Positions 9,994 through 19,039 of a DNA stretch of 64,000 nucleotides are shown here, piece by piece. Below the pieces are notes generated by a model. That model did no database searches and was not told where the DNA came from. It saw only the letters and a list, made by a program, of their open reading frames with translations. Origin of the DNA: Ardenticatenaceae bacterium (GTDB lineage Bacteria; Chloroflexota; Anaerolineae; Promineifilales; Promineifilaceae); NCBI GenBank assembly GCA_020634215.1, contig JACKCD010000019.1, positions 30,975-94,974 on the forward strand, written 5' to 3'. Both the position numbers and the translations under genes were made by a program. Position 1 is the stretch's first letter, and every line of letters begins with the position of its first letter.

Positions 9994-10031
9994 ATCTTTT
10001 TTGCCGCCAAAGTTGCTGTACAATACATTCC

Positions 10032-13000
10032 ATGAAACAGCGTCTGGTCATCTTGCTGCTTGCCACCCTTGCTCCGCTTACCCTGCTGGCCGTGTTTTTG
10101 TTGTGGTCGCCAACGGCCGTTTTTGCCACCACCACCAAATACGACCCCACCCTTGCCCAAAGCCCGAACCCCGTTTCCGTCATCATCTACCTGCAGCAGC
10201 AGGCCGATTTGCCGCCGCAGCGCAGCGGCAGCCGTTTGGCACAGCGGGTGGCAGTGGTGGAGGGGTTGCAACAAACGGCCGTTTCCAGCCAAACCCCTCT
10301 CCGCAACCTACTCACCCGGCAGCAGCAAGCCGGACTTGTCGCTGATATTCATCCCTTCTGGATTGTTAACGCCATCGCCGCCACCGTAGACCCCGCCGCC
10401 TTGCCCGCTATTGCCGCCCTGTCCAGCGTCAGCCATATTCTCCCAGATGTCGCCTTTGACGGTTTTGCCCCTCCTGCTAATGCTCCCGAACCGGCCGTCC
10501 CGGTGACAGAAACGGCCGTTTTGCCCACCTGGGGCGTAGAGCGCATTGGGGCACCGCTGGTGTGGGACGGGCTGGGCGTGCGCGGCGAAGGGGTGGTGGT
10601 TGCCATCATGGACAGCGGCGTGGATTGGAACCATCCCCAACTTCGTCCTACTTATCGTGGCTTGAACCCCAACGGCACCGTTGACCACCGCGCCAGTTGG
10701 TACTCCCCCGGCAACCCGCTTTTGCGCCAGCCCACCGACGTGGTGGGGCATGGCACCCACGTGGCAGGAACGGCCGTTGGGCAAAGCGGTATCGGTGTTG
10801 CACCCGCCGCCCGCTGGATCGCCGTCAACATCGCCAACCCCGATGGCCTTATTCTCACCAGTGCCGTCCACGCCGGGTTTGAATGGCTGCTGGCACCGGG
10901 TGGCGACCCCAGCCTTGCTCCTGATATTGTCAACGGCTCCTGGTCGGGGGCAGGCAACCTTGATTTATTTTTGCCCGATTTGGCGGCGCTGCGGGCGGGC
11001 GGCATTTTGCCTGTCTTTGCCAGCGGCAACAACGGCCCCTTCCCTGAAACCATTGGTGCCCCCGCCAGCTACCCCACCACGCTGGCCGTGGGTGCCAGTG
11101 ACGACATTGACGCGCTGGCTTGGTTTTCCAGCCGTGGCCCGTCATTTTTTACCCCTGAACCCAAGCCGCAGTTGGTGGCACCGGGAACGGCCGTTTTTTC
11201 CACCTTCCCCGACAACCAATACCGCACCTTTCTCGGTACTTCGATGGCTGCGCCCCACGTCAGTGGCGCGGCGGCGCTGCTGCTCTCGGCCAATCCCGCC
11301 CTTTCGCCGGATGATCTCACCCGTGTGCTGCTGCAAACGGCCGTTGCCATCACCACCACCCACCCCAACTTTGACAGCGGTTGGGGGCGGCTGGATGTCT
11401 ATGCCGCTGTTGCCAGCCAGCTTGCCACCGGGCGGCTGCGCGGCACCGTGCGCGGCAATGGCCTGCCGCTGCCCAACGTGCCGCTAACCCTAACCACCCC
11501 CAGCGGCGCGGCTTTGCCATTTGCCAGCGACGACAGCGGCCAATTTGAATTGTCGTTAGTGGCTGGTGGCTACACCGTCGCTGCCGCCCCCTTTGGCTAT
11601 GCCCCTGCCCAAACCAGTGTCACGGTACAGCTTGGGCAAACGGCGGTTGCCGATTTGAATGCGACCCCACTGCCCGGCGGCACGGTTCAGGGGCAAATTC
11701 GCAGCGGGGGGCAACCGCTGACGGCGACGGTGCAGGTGGTGGGGTTGCCGGTGGCGGTGAGGACGGATGAAAACGGCCGTTATGCCCTCACCCTTCCCAG
11801 CGGCAGCTACCAGCTTGCAGTACACGCCCACGGCCATGAACTGGGTAAAGCGTCGCTCACGCTGGCCGTCGGCCAAGTGCTGACCCGCAATTTTGATTTA
11901 GCGGCTGCCCCCACCGTGCTGCTGATTGACAGCGGCCAATGGTATTACCAAAGCTATGCCCGTTATTACGATGAGGCGCTGCTGGCGGCTGGTTTTGACC
12001 ACGACACCGCTACCATCCGCAACCCGTTTGCCGATGTACCAACGCTGGAACAGGTGCAACCCTACGACGTTGTCATCTGGTCGGCACCCCACGACGCGCC
12101 GGGCCGGGTGGCGGCCAACGATGTCATCACCGATTATTTGAAAACGGGGGGGAATTTGCTGATTAGCGGAGAGAATGTGGCCTATTACGACGGGCAGGGG
12201 TTTGGCACGCAGCCGTGGTTTTTCCGCAATCTGGGAGCACTGTTTGATGGGGAGCAGGAGGGAGAAACGGCCGTTTCCAGCCTGCCTGCCACCCCCTTTG
12301 CTGGGATGACGCTGGCACTGAACGGCGGCGACAGTGCCAACAACCAGGCGACTCCCGACAACAGCCGCCTGCGCGAAAATGTGCTGACGCGCCCCGTTTT
12401 GCGCTATACCGACGGCCACACCGCCGGGCTGCTGGCGGGTCATTGCGCCCCGTACCAACTCATTTATTTGGGTTTTGGGTTGGAAGGGGTGCGCCGTGCG
12501 GATGACCGCGCCGAACTGCTGCGGCGCAGCTTTGCCCACTTTGCCGACCCGCTAGTGCAGCAGGGTTTGCAGCTTACGCCCGGCCGCGTGGACGATTTTG
12601 CCATTGCCGGTGACGAACTGGTCTACACCATCACCGTGCGGAACCTGAGCGAGGCGGTGACGGAGACGGTTGACATCTTGCTCAGCGGCGGCAGTTGGCC
12701 GACGACGCTGCTAACCCCGACGCTGACGCTGGGGCCGTGCCAAATGGGGGAGACGGTGCTGCGGCTGGCGGTGCCGCCGGATGTGGGGCGGGATGTGGTG
12801 CATGAGATGGTATTAACGGCCGTTTCCCGCCAAAACCCCGGCAACCGTATCGAACTTCCCGTTCGCCACAAAACCCCCGGCCGCTTCTTGCTGGTGGACG
12901 ATGACCGCTGGTTTGATCAACAGCGCACTTTTCTGGCAGCGTTGGCGGGTAATGGTATTGTCCCCGACGTGTGGGAGATTGGCGGCAGCCCGGCGGTGCG

Positions 13001-14252
13001 CGGCAGCCCTACGCTCCATTTGCTGGCGCAATATGACTACGTTTTTTGGTTTACTGGCTACGACTGGTTTGCCCCGGTGACGCGGGCAGAAAATGAACTG
13101 CTGACTGAGTATTTGGCGCAAAACGGCCGTTTGTTCCTCAACAGCCAGGATTATTTGTACTACAACCTGCACACGCCGCTGACGCTGAACTATTTTGGCA
13201 TCATTAGCCAGAGTGAGAGCATTACACCAACGGCCGTTTATCCTGACGGGTCGCTGGGGTTGCCGCCCGCGCTGGCTGGCCTGCTGCCGCTGGATTACAA
13301 GGCGGTGGGCTACCAAAACTTTAGCGACGGGCTGATTTTAGCTCCCGGCACGATGACCTTTTTGTGGCATAACCAGGGAACACCGGCGGGCGTGGCGCGA
13401 AAGGGGGACGGCTGGCGAGCCGTTTTTTGGGATGTGCCGTTGGAAGTGCTGCCGCCAGCCGAGCAACCTGCAATGATGGGCAGCGTTGTCGGCTGGCTTT
13501 CCAACTGGGGTGATGCCATCTTTGTCGTGGACAGCCAAACGGGTGTGCCGGGTGAACCGCGAACCTATACCCTAACGCTGCCTAGCGTGGCTCCCACGCG
13601 CACGCTGCGGCTGACCAACACGCTGCCAACGGGGTTGATGTTGCTGCCAGCCACGCTTGACGGTGGGGCGGTGTATGATGCCGCCACAAACCAATTGACC
13701 TGGCAGGGAGTTGTAAGCGGTAGCCACCAAATTCGCTATCAGGCCGTTCCCCAGGCGACGGCTGCGCCGTTGGTCAGCACCGTGCAGTTGGCGGATGATG
13801 TGGATGGGATTGTGTTGACGCGAACGGCGGCGGTGTGGCTGGATGCGCCAGATTTGCGGGAGGTGGCTTTAACGGCCGTTTCTGCCACCGCTACCCCCAG
13901 CCCGGCGCTTACCTATACATTGGTCGTGAGCAACAGCGGCCTGGCTGCTGCCAATGCCCAAATTGAACTGCGCTTGCCCGATGCCGCAAGCCCCATTACC
14001 GATACCCTGCACAGCAGCGACGGCACAACGACGCTAAAGCAGCATCGGGTGAATTGGCAAGTGGCGGTGGCACCTGGTGATACCGTGACAACCACGATTG
14101 TGCTAACCTATACTCCCCGTGTGGATGTGTGGCTGGCAGGAACGGCCGTTGTAGATGATGGCGTTACACAGCCGGTTATCAAGCATTTGCAGCTTTACTT
14201 GCCGCCGTATCAATACTATTTCCCTTTTTCAGTACGCCATAAACCTTTATAA
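10032..14252 (+). CDS. Giant secreted S8 serine protease (about 1406 aa) with signal peptide, CarboxypepD_reg-like repeats and DUF11-like C-terminal repeats
   Basis: Likely start MKQRLVILLLATLAPLTLLAV (10032). S8 motifs are identical to the 6289-8001 paralog (AIMDSGVD, HGTHVAGT, GTSMAAPHVSG). The listed ORF start at 9945 overlaps the upstream gene. Confidence 0.85.
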   Translation: MKQRLVILLLATLAPLTLLAVFLLWSPTAVFATTTKYDPTLAQSPNPVSVIIYLQQQADLPPQRSGSRLAQRVAVVEGLQQTAVSSQTPLRNLLTRQQQAGLVADIHPFWIVNAIAATVDPAALPAIAALSSVSHILPDVAFDGFAPPANAPEPAVPVTETAVLPTWGVERIGAPLVWDGLGVRGEGVVVAIMDSGVDWNHPQLRPTYRGLNPNGTVDHRASWYSPGNPLLRQPTDVVGHGTHVAGTAVGQSGIGVAPAARWIAVNIANPDGLILTSAVHAGFEWLLAPGGDPSLAPDIVNGSWSGAGNLDLFLPDLAALRAGGILPVFASGNNGPFPETIGAPASYPTTLAVGASDDIDALAWFSSRGPSFFTPEPKPQLVAPGTAVFSTFPDNQYRTFLGTSMAAPHVSGAAALLLSANPALSPDDLTRVLLQTAVAITTTHPNFDSGWGRLDVYAAVASQLATGRLRGTVRGNGLPLPNVPLTLTTPSGAALPFASDDSGQFELSLVAGGYTVAAAPFGYAPAQTSVTVQLGQTAVADLNATPLPGGTVQGQIRSGGQPLTATVQVVGLPVAVRTDENGRYALTLPSGSYQLAVHAHGHELGKASLTLAVGQVLTRNFDLAAAPTVLLIDSGQWYYQSYARYYDEALLAAGFDHDTATIRNPFADVPTLEQVQPYDVVIWSAPHDAPGRVAANDVITDYLKTGGNLLISGENVAYYDGQGFGTQPWFFRNLGALFDGEQEGETAVSSLPATPFAGMTLALNGGDSANNQATPDNSRLRENVLTRPVLRYTDGHTAGLLAGHCAPYQLIYLGFGLEGVRRADDRAELLRRSFAHFADPLVQQGLQLTPGRVDDFAIAGDELVYTITVRNLSEAVTETVDILLSGGSWPTTLLTPTLTLGPCQMGETVLRLAVPPDVGRDVVHEMVLTAVSRQNPGNRIELPVRHKTPGRFLLVDDDRWFDQQRTFLAALAGNGIVPDVWEIGGSPAVRGSPTLHLLAQYDYVFWFTGYDWFAPVTRAENELLTEYLAQNGRLFLNSQDYLYYNLHTPLTLNYFGIISQSESITPTAVYPDGSLGLPPALAGLLPLDYKAVGYQNFSDGLILAPGTMTFLWHNQGTPAGVARKGDGWRAVFWDVPLEVLPPAEQPAMMGSVVGWLSNWGDAIFVVDSQTGVPGEPRTYTLTLPSVAPTRTLRLTNTLPTGLMLLPATLDGGAVYDAATNQLTWQGVVSGSHQIRYQAVPQATAAPLVSTVQLADDVDGIVLTRTAAVWLDAPDLREVALTAVSATATPSPALTYTLVVSNSGLAAANAQIELRLPDAASPITDTLHSSDGTTTLKQHRVNWQVAVAPGDTVTTTIVLTYTPRVDVWLAGTAVVDDGVTQPVIKHLQLYLPPYQYYFPFSVRHKPL

Positions 14253-14393
14253 TTACCCCCCGCTATACTTGCGGCAAGATGAACCCTCATTTAAGCTGTC
14301 TATACCAGCTTGACTTTGGTGAGATTTTGTCTAGGATAGTCGCCAAAAGGCAAAATTTATGGTACTCTAGTACTATTATCTTGTTGATTTGGA

Positions 14394-14801
14394 GTGAATA
14401 AAGAACATCATATGCAGCGAGAGAAGTTACGCGATATTACGATTGCCTATGTTGAAGATGAGCCAAGTATTGCCCAGCTTTTGGTTTCGGGGCTGGGATT
14501 ATTTGGTATCAGGGTGCGTCCCATTTATATGAGTGGGGAGGCACTGCTGAATAGTGTTTGCCAACCTGAGTTTGCCGAGGCGGATATTTTGTTTTTTGAT
14601 GTGCGCCTGCCGCAAATGACGGGGGTTGAATTGGCGGCGGAGTTGCGGGCAAGGGGAGAACAACGGCCGTTTGTGTTGGTGAGTGCCTGGCCTTCGCCTC
14701 CCCGCGACGTATTAGAAGAGGTTAACGCCGTTTTTCTGGCTAAGCCCTTTGATTTTCCTAAACTGGTTCGCACCATTCAGTTTTTAGCTGAGAGACCGTA
14801 A
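14394..14801 (+). CDS. Stand-alone response-regulator receiver protein
   Basis: 135 aa. IAYVEDEPS...ILFFDVRLPQMTG...AKPF is a REC-domain pattern. Confidence 0.8.
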   Translation: MNKEHHMQREKLRDITIAYVEDEPSIAQLLVSGLGLFGIRVRPIYMSGEALLNSVCQPEFAEADILFFDVRLPQMTGVELAAELRARGEQRPFVLVSAWPSPPRDVLEEVNAVFLAKPFDFPKLVRTIQFLAERP

Positions 14802-14803
14802 CT

Positions 14804-15295
14804 TTACGCCTCATGTTCAGCAGCAACATCTACCAAGCGGGCACTTGTCAGCTTGAGTAAATCGTTGACACCAATTTTGACGTTAATGCCGCGTTCAGCG
14901 GCACTGATAAAAACGGCATCAAAGCCGCTGGCCTCTTGAGCCAGCAGCATTTTGAAGCCCCGGTTGAGCAGTGCCAAGGCTGAAATCCCCCCCACCTGTA
15001 ACCCTGTGAATGCTTCCGCTTCTTTGTGGGTTGCCATTTTCATCTTTTTGACCCCCACAACTTTTGCCAGTTTTTTCAAATCAAGCTGTTTGTTGGCCGG
15101 AATCATGACCAGGAACTTTTTTTCGGGTTGTTCATAGGCAACCAGGGTTTTGAATACCTGATCAGGTGGTACTCCTAGCCTATGGGCAACTTCTGTGGCA
15201 TCCGTTATACCTGTGGGATATTCACAGATTTGATGCACTACTTTTTTCCCTTCTAATAATCTTATAACCACTGTTTTCTTCATCGCCATAATCAC
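14804..15295 (-). CDS. ybaK: YbaK/EbsC-family aminoacyl-tRNA deacylase
   Basis: About 160 aa. TLVAYEQPEKKFLVMIPANKQLDLKKLAKVVGVKKMKMATHKEAEAFTGLQVGGISAL is typical of the YbaK editing domain. Confidence 0.65.
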   Translation of the reverse strand: MIMAMKKTVVIRLLEGKKVVHQICEYPTGITDATEVAHRLGVPPDQVFKTLVAYEQPEKKFLVMIPANKQLDLKKLAKVVGVKKMKMATHKEAEAFTGLQVGGISALALLNRGFKMLLAQEASGFDAVFISAAERGINVKIGVNDLLKLTSARLVDVAAEHEA

Positions 15296-15506
15296 TGTTA
15301 TCTTATTGAAAATTTTGGCAATCAGCCTTGGAACCGTTACAATGCCTTCTAAATTGGTGAATTTGGAGTGTAAAACGGCCGTTTTCGATCATACCGTCTA
15401 TTTTAGCGTATAATTAACGGAAATCTTAAGGTTCGTGAATTATCATATGACGATGGCTCATTGTAGTTAACGTCCAACGTAAGTTTTTTTAAGTCTGAGA
15501 GAGCAA

Positions 15507-15878
15507 ATGATAGGAGATCTCAAAGTTCTCTATATCGAGGACAACGAAGATAATCGGAAACTGGTGAACCGTATTTTGAGAGCGGCTGGTATTACAGTTG
15601 ATTTAGCTCCCGATGGCAGAACCGGTTTGAGCTATGTAGAGAGTGAGCTTCCCGATTTAATCCTGGTTGATATTAATCTTCCTGAAATTGATGGTTATAC
15701 AGTTGTTCGTGAGCTGCGAAAAACGTATGATCAGAAACAGCTTCCTATTTTGGCATTAACGGCTCATGCCTTGAAGGATGACCAAGAAAAATGCATAGCT
15801 GCCGGATGCAATGGCTACATTGCTAAACCGATTGATGTAGATACGTTGCCGGAGCAAATCTTGAGTTATCTTGAGTAA
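15507..15878 (+). CDS. CheY-like single-domain response regulator
   Basis: 123 aa. VLYIEDNEDN...LILVDINLPEIDG...LTAHA...AKPI. Confidence 0.85.
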   Translation: MIGDLKVLYIEDNEDNRKLVNRILRAAGITVDLAPDGRTGLSYVESELPDLILVDINLPEIDGYTVVRELRKTYDQKQLPILALTAHALKDDQEKCIAAGCNGYIAKPIDVDTLPEQILSYLE

Positions 15879-15891
15879 GTAAGGTGGTTTT

Positions 15892-16374
15892 ATGAAAACT
15901 TCTCCCTCCTCCGTGACAAATAAACCGCACGTGACAAATAAACCGCACGTGACAAATAAACCGCAGATTGATCCGAAGGATGCTTATATTTTGGTTGTAG
16001 AGGACAACGTTTCTAACTTTGTTCTCATTGCCCGTTTGCTGGCTTTTATGGGTGTGCAAAAGTGTGAGTGGAAAACAACGGGCTGGGGCGTTGTGGAGTT
16101 TGCCAATACCATGCCCCGTGTTGACCTGATCTTGATGGATTTAGGGCTGCCGCATGAAGATGGTTATGAAGCGTTGCAACAAGTGCGAGCCAACCCCCAT
16201 TTGCAAGATACGCTGGTGGTGGTGGTGACGGCGCAGGGTAGCGCGGCAGAAATGCAGAAGGCGAAGCGGGCTGGTTTTGATGGTTTTATTGCCAAGCCGC
16301 TTGATGCTGACAAGTTCCCTGAACAAATCGATAAAATCTTGAATGGCAAGCAAATTTGGGATTTGGGTGTGTAG
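15892..16374 (+). CDS. Response-regulator receiver protein with a repeat-encoded N-terminal tail
   Basis: 160 aa. REC pattern ILVVEDNVSN...LILMDLGLPHEDG...AKPL, preceded by VTNKPH x3. Confidence 0.8.
   Translation: MKTSPSSVTNKPHVTNKPHVTNKPQIDPKDAYILVVEDNVSNFVLIARLLAFMGVQKCEWKTTGWGVVEFANTMPRVDLILMDLGLPHEDGYEALQQVRANPHLQDTLVVVVTAQGSAAEMQKAKRAGFDGFIAKPLDADKFPEQIDKILNGKQIWDLGV
15913..15966 (+). repeat. 3 x 18-bp tandem repeat (GTGACAAATAAACCGCAC) inside a coding region
   Basis: Units at 15913, 15931 and 15949; the last base of the third unit differs. Encodes VTNKPH VTNKPH VTNKPQ. Confidence 0.9.
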
Positions 16375-16421
16375 TAAACTAACGGCCGTTAATTCCACCC
16401 CCACCGCCCCAAACAAAGCAG

Positions 16422-18131
16422 ATGCAAAGATACCCTACCTCTGTCGAAAGATTACAGGCTCGGCTGCAATGGGCTGAATCGCTCCTACAGCTAAAAGAAC
16501 TGCTGACTTCCACCCTTGATGTCGCAGAAGTATACCGTCGTGCCGCTCGCGCCTTTGTGGAAAATTTTGAGATTCGATACTGCGCTATTTCCAGTTGGGA
16601 TCAAGCGGCCAACACCTTAACCACACAGGCAGAGTTTACCGATAAAGCCTTGCGTGAGGGTGCCTTTGAATTTACACAAGCCGTCGAGATTTATGACCTG
16701 GCGGATTTTCCAGACTCCCAAAAGCTGTTGCAGACCAATGAGCCAGTTATTCGTTTTGTAGACGATCCTGGTCTAGCAGTAACCGAGAAAGAAATTTTGC
16801 TTGAGATGCAAATGGCACATTCGCTAGAAGTGCCATTGGCTTATCAAAATAAAACCATTGGTCTTGTTGAACTATACCGCAGTGACGACCAGCACATTTT
16901 CAACAATGAAGAAATTGATTTTGCCAGGGCAATGGCGGTACAAGTTGCTGGTGCTCTGCACAATGCCCAAATCACCACTGAAGCCAATCGTCGTGCCGCC
17001 GAATTGAGTATGTTGAATCGCCTTGGCACGGCTTTCTCTTCAGCACCGTCGCTTGCTGATGTTTTTCTTAGCGCCAACCGTGAAATCACTTCCCTCTTTG
17101 AAATCACCAAACTTGCCTTGTTCTTGCGGGGGGAAGAACAGGAAAAGCTGCAACTCCACTACTGTTTGGATAACGAGATGGAAGTGGATCCCGAACAGTT
17201 TTCGATGGAAGCTGCCAAGATGGCTTTGCTAAAGCAGGTAGTCGAGCAGCGCGATTTGCTGTTGGTAAAGGATGACGGAGCGTGGTTGGGCTTGCCCTTG
17301 ATTGTAGCCAATCGTGTTATGGGCGTGTTGATACTTGAAAACGAGTATGACGAAAATGCCTTTAACCCGCAAGACCTTGATTTGCTCCACACAATTGTTG
17401 GCCCACTTGCCACAACCATTAGCCGGTTAATTCAGTTTGAGGCGTTGCAAGCGGCGTTGGTACGGCAATCGGAGCAGCGCCTGCAACTGCAAACGGCCGC
17501 CGCGGTAGCGGCTGCCACCACCGACATCCTGAAGCTAGAAGAACTGATTCAGCGGGCTGTAGACCTCATTAAAGAACGGTTTCAACTCTACTATGTGGGT
17601 TTGTTTTTGATTGATGGGGAAACCAATTTTGCGGTTTTGCGCGCCGGTACGGGTGAGCCGGGGCGTATGCAGGTGGCAAATCATCATCAACTGCATGTTG
17701 GCGGCCGTTCACTTATTGGTGGGGCAACATTTGATGGGCAATCGCGTATTACGCAGGATGTGTTGCAAGATAGCGAATGGCGACCCAACCCTCATCTTCC
17801 AGAAACACGCTCAGAACTGGCACTGCCGTTGCGCGTTCGCGGACGTATTATTGGTGCTTTAACTGTGCAGAGCGTGCGGCCAAACCACTTCTCCGAAGAG
17901 CTAATTGAAACACTGCTCACGATGTCTGATCAGATGTCTGTTGCCATTGAAAATGCTCAGTTGCTTGCCCAGGTTCAAGAGCGTGCCGAACGGCAGCGCA
18001 AACTCAACCAAATTAGCACGCAACTGCATGGCACAAGTGATGTGAACAGTATCATTGAAATTGGGCTTAAAGCATTATCCGAATACATCGGTCATGCGGA
18101 TGTTGAACTGACTTTGGGTAGCCGTCAGTAA
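16422..18131 (+). CDS. Multi-GAF-domain protein with no recognisable output domain
   Basis: 569 aa. The C-terminal GAF (YYVGLFLIDGE...SELALPLRVRGRIIGALTVQS) is paralogous to a GAF in the 19040 kinase. Confidence 0.75.
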   Translation: MQRYPTSVERLQARLQWAESLLQLKELLTSTLDVAEVYRRAARAFVENFEIRYCAISSWDQAANTLTTQAEFTDKALREGAFEFTQAVEIYDLADFPDSQKLLQTNEPVIRFVDDPGLAVTEKEILLEMQMAHSLEVPLAYQNKTIGLVELYRSDDQHIFNNEEIDFARAMAVQVAGALHNAQITTEANRRAAELSMLNRLGTAFSSAPSLADVFLSANREITSLFEITKLALFLRGEEQEKLQLHYCLDNEMEVDPEQFSMEAAKMALLKQVVEQRDLLLVKDDGAWLGLPLIVANRVMGVLILENEYDENAFNPQDLDLLHTIVGPLATTISRLIQFEALQAALVRQSEQRLQLQTAAAVAAATTDILKLEELIQRAVDLIKERFQLYYVGLFLIDGETNFAVLRAGTGEPGRMQVANHHQLHVGGRSLIGGATFDGQSRITQDVLQDSEWRPNPHLPETRSELALPLRVRGRIIGALTVQSVRPNHFSEELIETLLTMSDQMSVAIENAQLLAQVQERAERQRKLNQISTQLHGTSDVNSIIEIGLKALSEYIGHADVELTLGSRQ

Positions 18132-18153
18132 GACATGCATACCTTCAATACCC

Positions 18154-18987
18154 ATGTCCCAAAACAGGCCAATACAATCTGCCGCTGCGGCAACATTTAG
18201 TCCGTCATCGTTTCTGGATGCCTCTCAGCCAAACCTGTCGCGGGTTTTTAATTACCTGACAGGTGGTTCTGCTTATTTTGAGGCTGATCGTGTCGTGGCG
18301 GAAAAAATGTTGGTGGAGTTTCCGCCTTTGAAAAAGCTGGTGCAATTGAGTAAGGCATTTACAGTTGAAGCGGTGCAGCATCTTCATGTGGTTGAAGGGT
18401 TTCGTCAGTTTTTAGATTTGGGGTCTGGGATTCCAAGTGGTGACATGGTGCATCAGCTTGTGCCGGATGCGATGTTTGTGTATAGCGATATTAACCCGGT
18501 GGCTGTGAGCTACGGGGTTCATTTGCTTGCTGGGCAGGAGCGGGTGGCGTATGTGCATGGGGATGCTCGTGAGATTGGGGCGTTGTTGGCGCACAAGGAT
18601 GTTAAGCAGCGATTGCGCTTTGATGAGCGTTTGGCGGTGGGTTTAAATAACATTCCGATGTTTTTGGCGGAGACTGAGCTGCGCCTGCTGGCGAAAACCT
18701 TGTATGACCGGCTGGCGGCTGGTTCGCAGATTTCGTTTTTCTTGCAGATGCGGGCAGCGGAGGCACAATCGAGCAAGGCGGACGAGGCTCAGATGAAGCT
18801 GCAGCGGATGGGGGTTCCGGTGCGGTATGTGGATGTAGGGAAGGTGTGTGAGCTTTTTTGGCCGTGGAAACCGAAGCTGGTGGAGACGGCGATAAGATTT
18901 ATGGGGTTGCCGGCCGATTTTTTGGATGATGTAGCGGTTCAAGAGGCTGGTTTGGCTCATTATGCGCTTTTTTTGGTCAAGGAGTAG
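18154..18987 (+). CDS. SAM-dependent methyltransferase, DUF574 (Methyltransf_19)-like
   Basis: 277 aa. FNYLTGGSAYFEADR...FLDLGSGIPS...VYSDINPVAV. Confidence 0.6.
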   Translation: MSQNRPIQSAAAATFSPSSFLDASQPNLSRVFNYLTGGSAYFEADRVVAEKMLVEFPPLKKLVQLSKAFTVEAVQHLHVVEGFRQFLDLGSGIPSGDMVHQLVPDAMFVYSDINPVAVSYGVHLLAGQERVAYVHGDAREIGALLAHKDVKQRLRFDERLAVGLNNIPMFLAETELRLLAKTLYDRLAAGSQISFFLQMRAAEAQSSKADEAQMKLQRMGVPVRYVDVGKVCELFWPWKPKLVETAIRFMGLPADFLDDVAVQEAGLAHYALFLVKE

Positions 18988-19039
18988 GGCTGCGCTTTTT
19001 TCTGCCTGGCCTGTGTAAGGAGCTAGCTAAAGTCGAGTT

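Noticed and set aside
9945-10031. Upstream extension of the giant protease ORF overlapping the HAD-ATPase gene
   Set aside because: A canonical signal peptide begins at the ATG at 10032. The extension overlaps the preceding gene's last codons and has no signal-like features.
15296-15506. Sigma-70-like promoter (TATAAT at about 15407) upstream of the response-regulator operon
   Set aside because: I found only a -10 hexamer match and no convincing -35 at 17 +/- 1 nt, so it is not reported as a feature.
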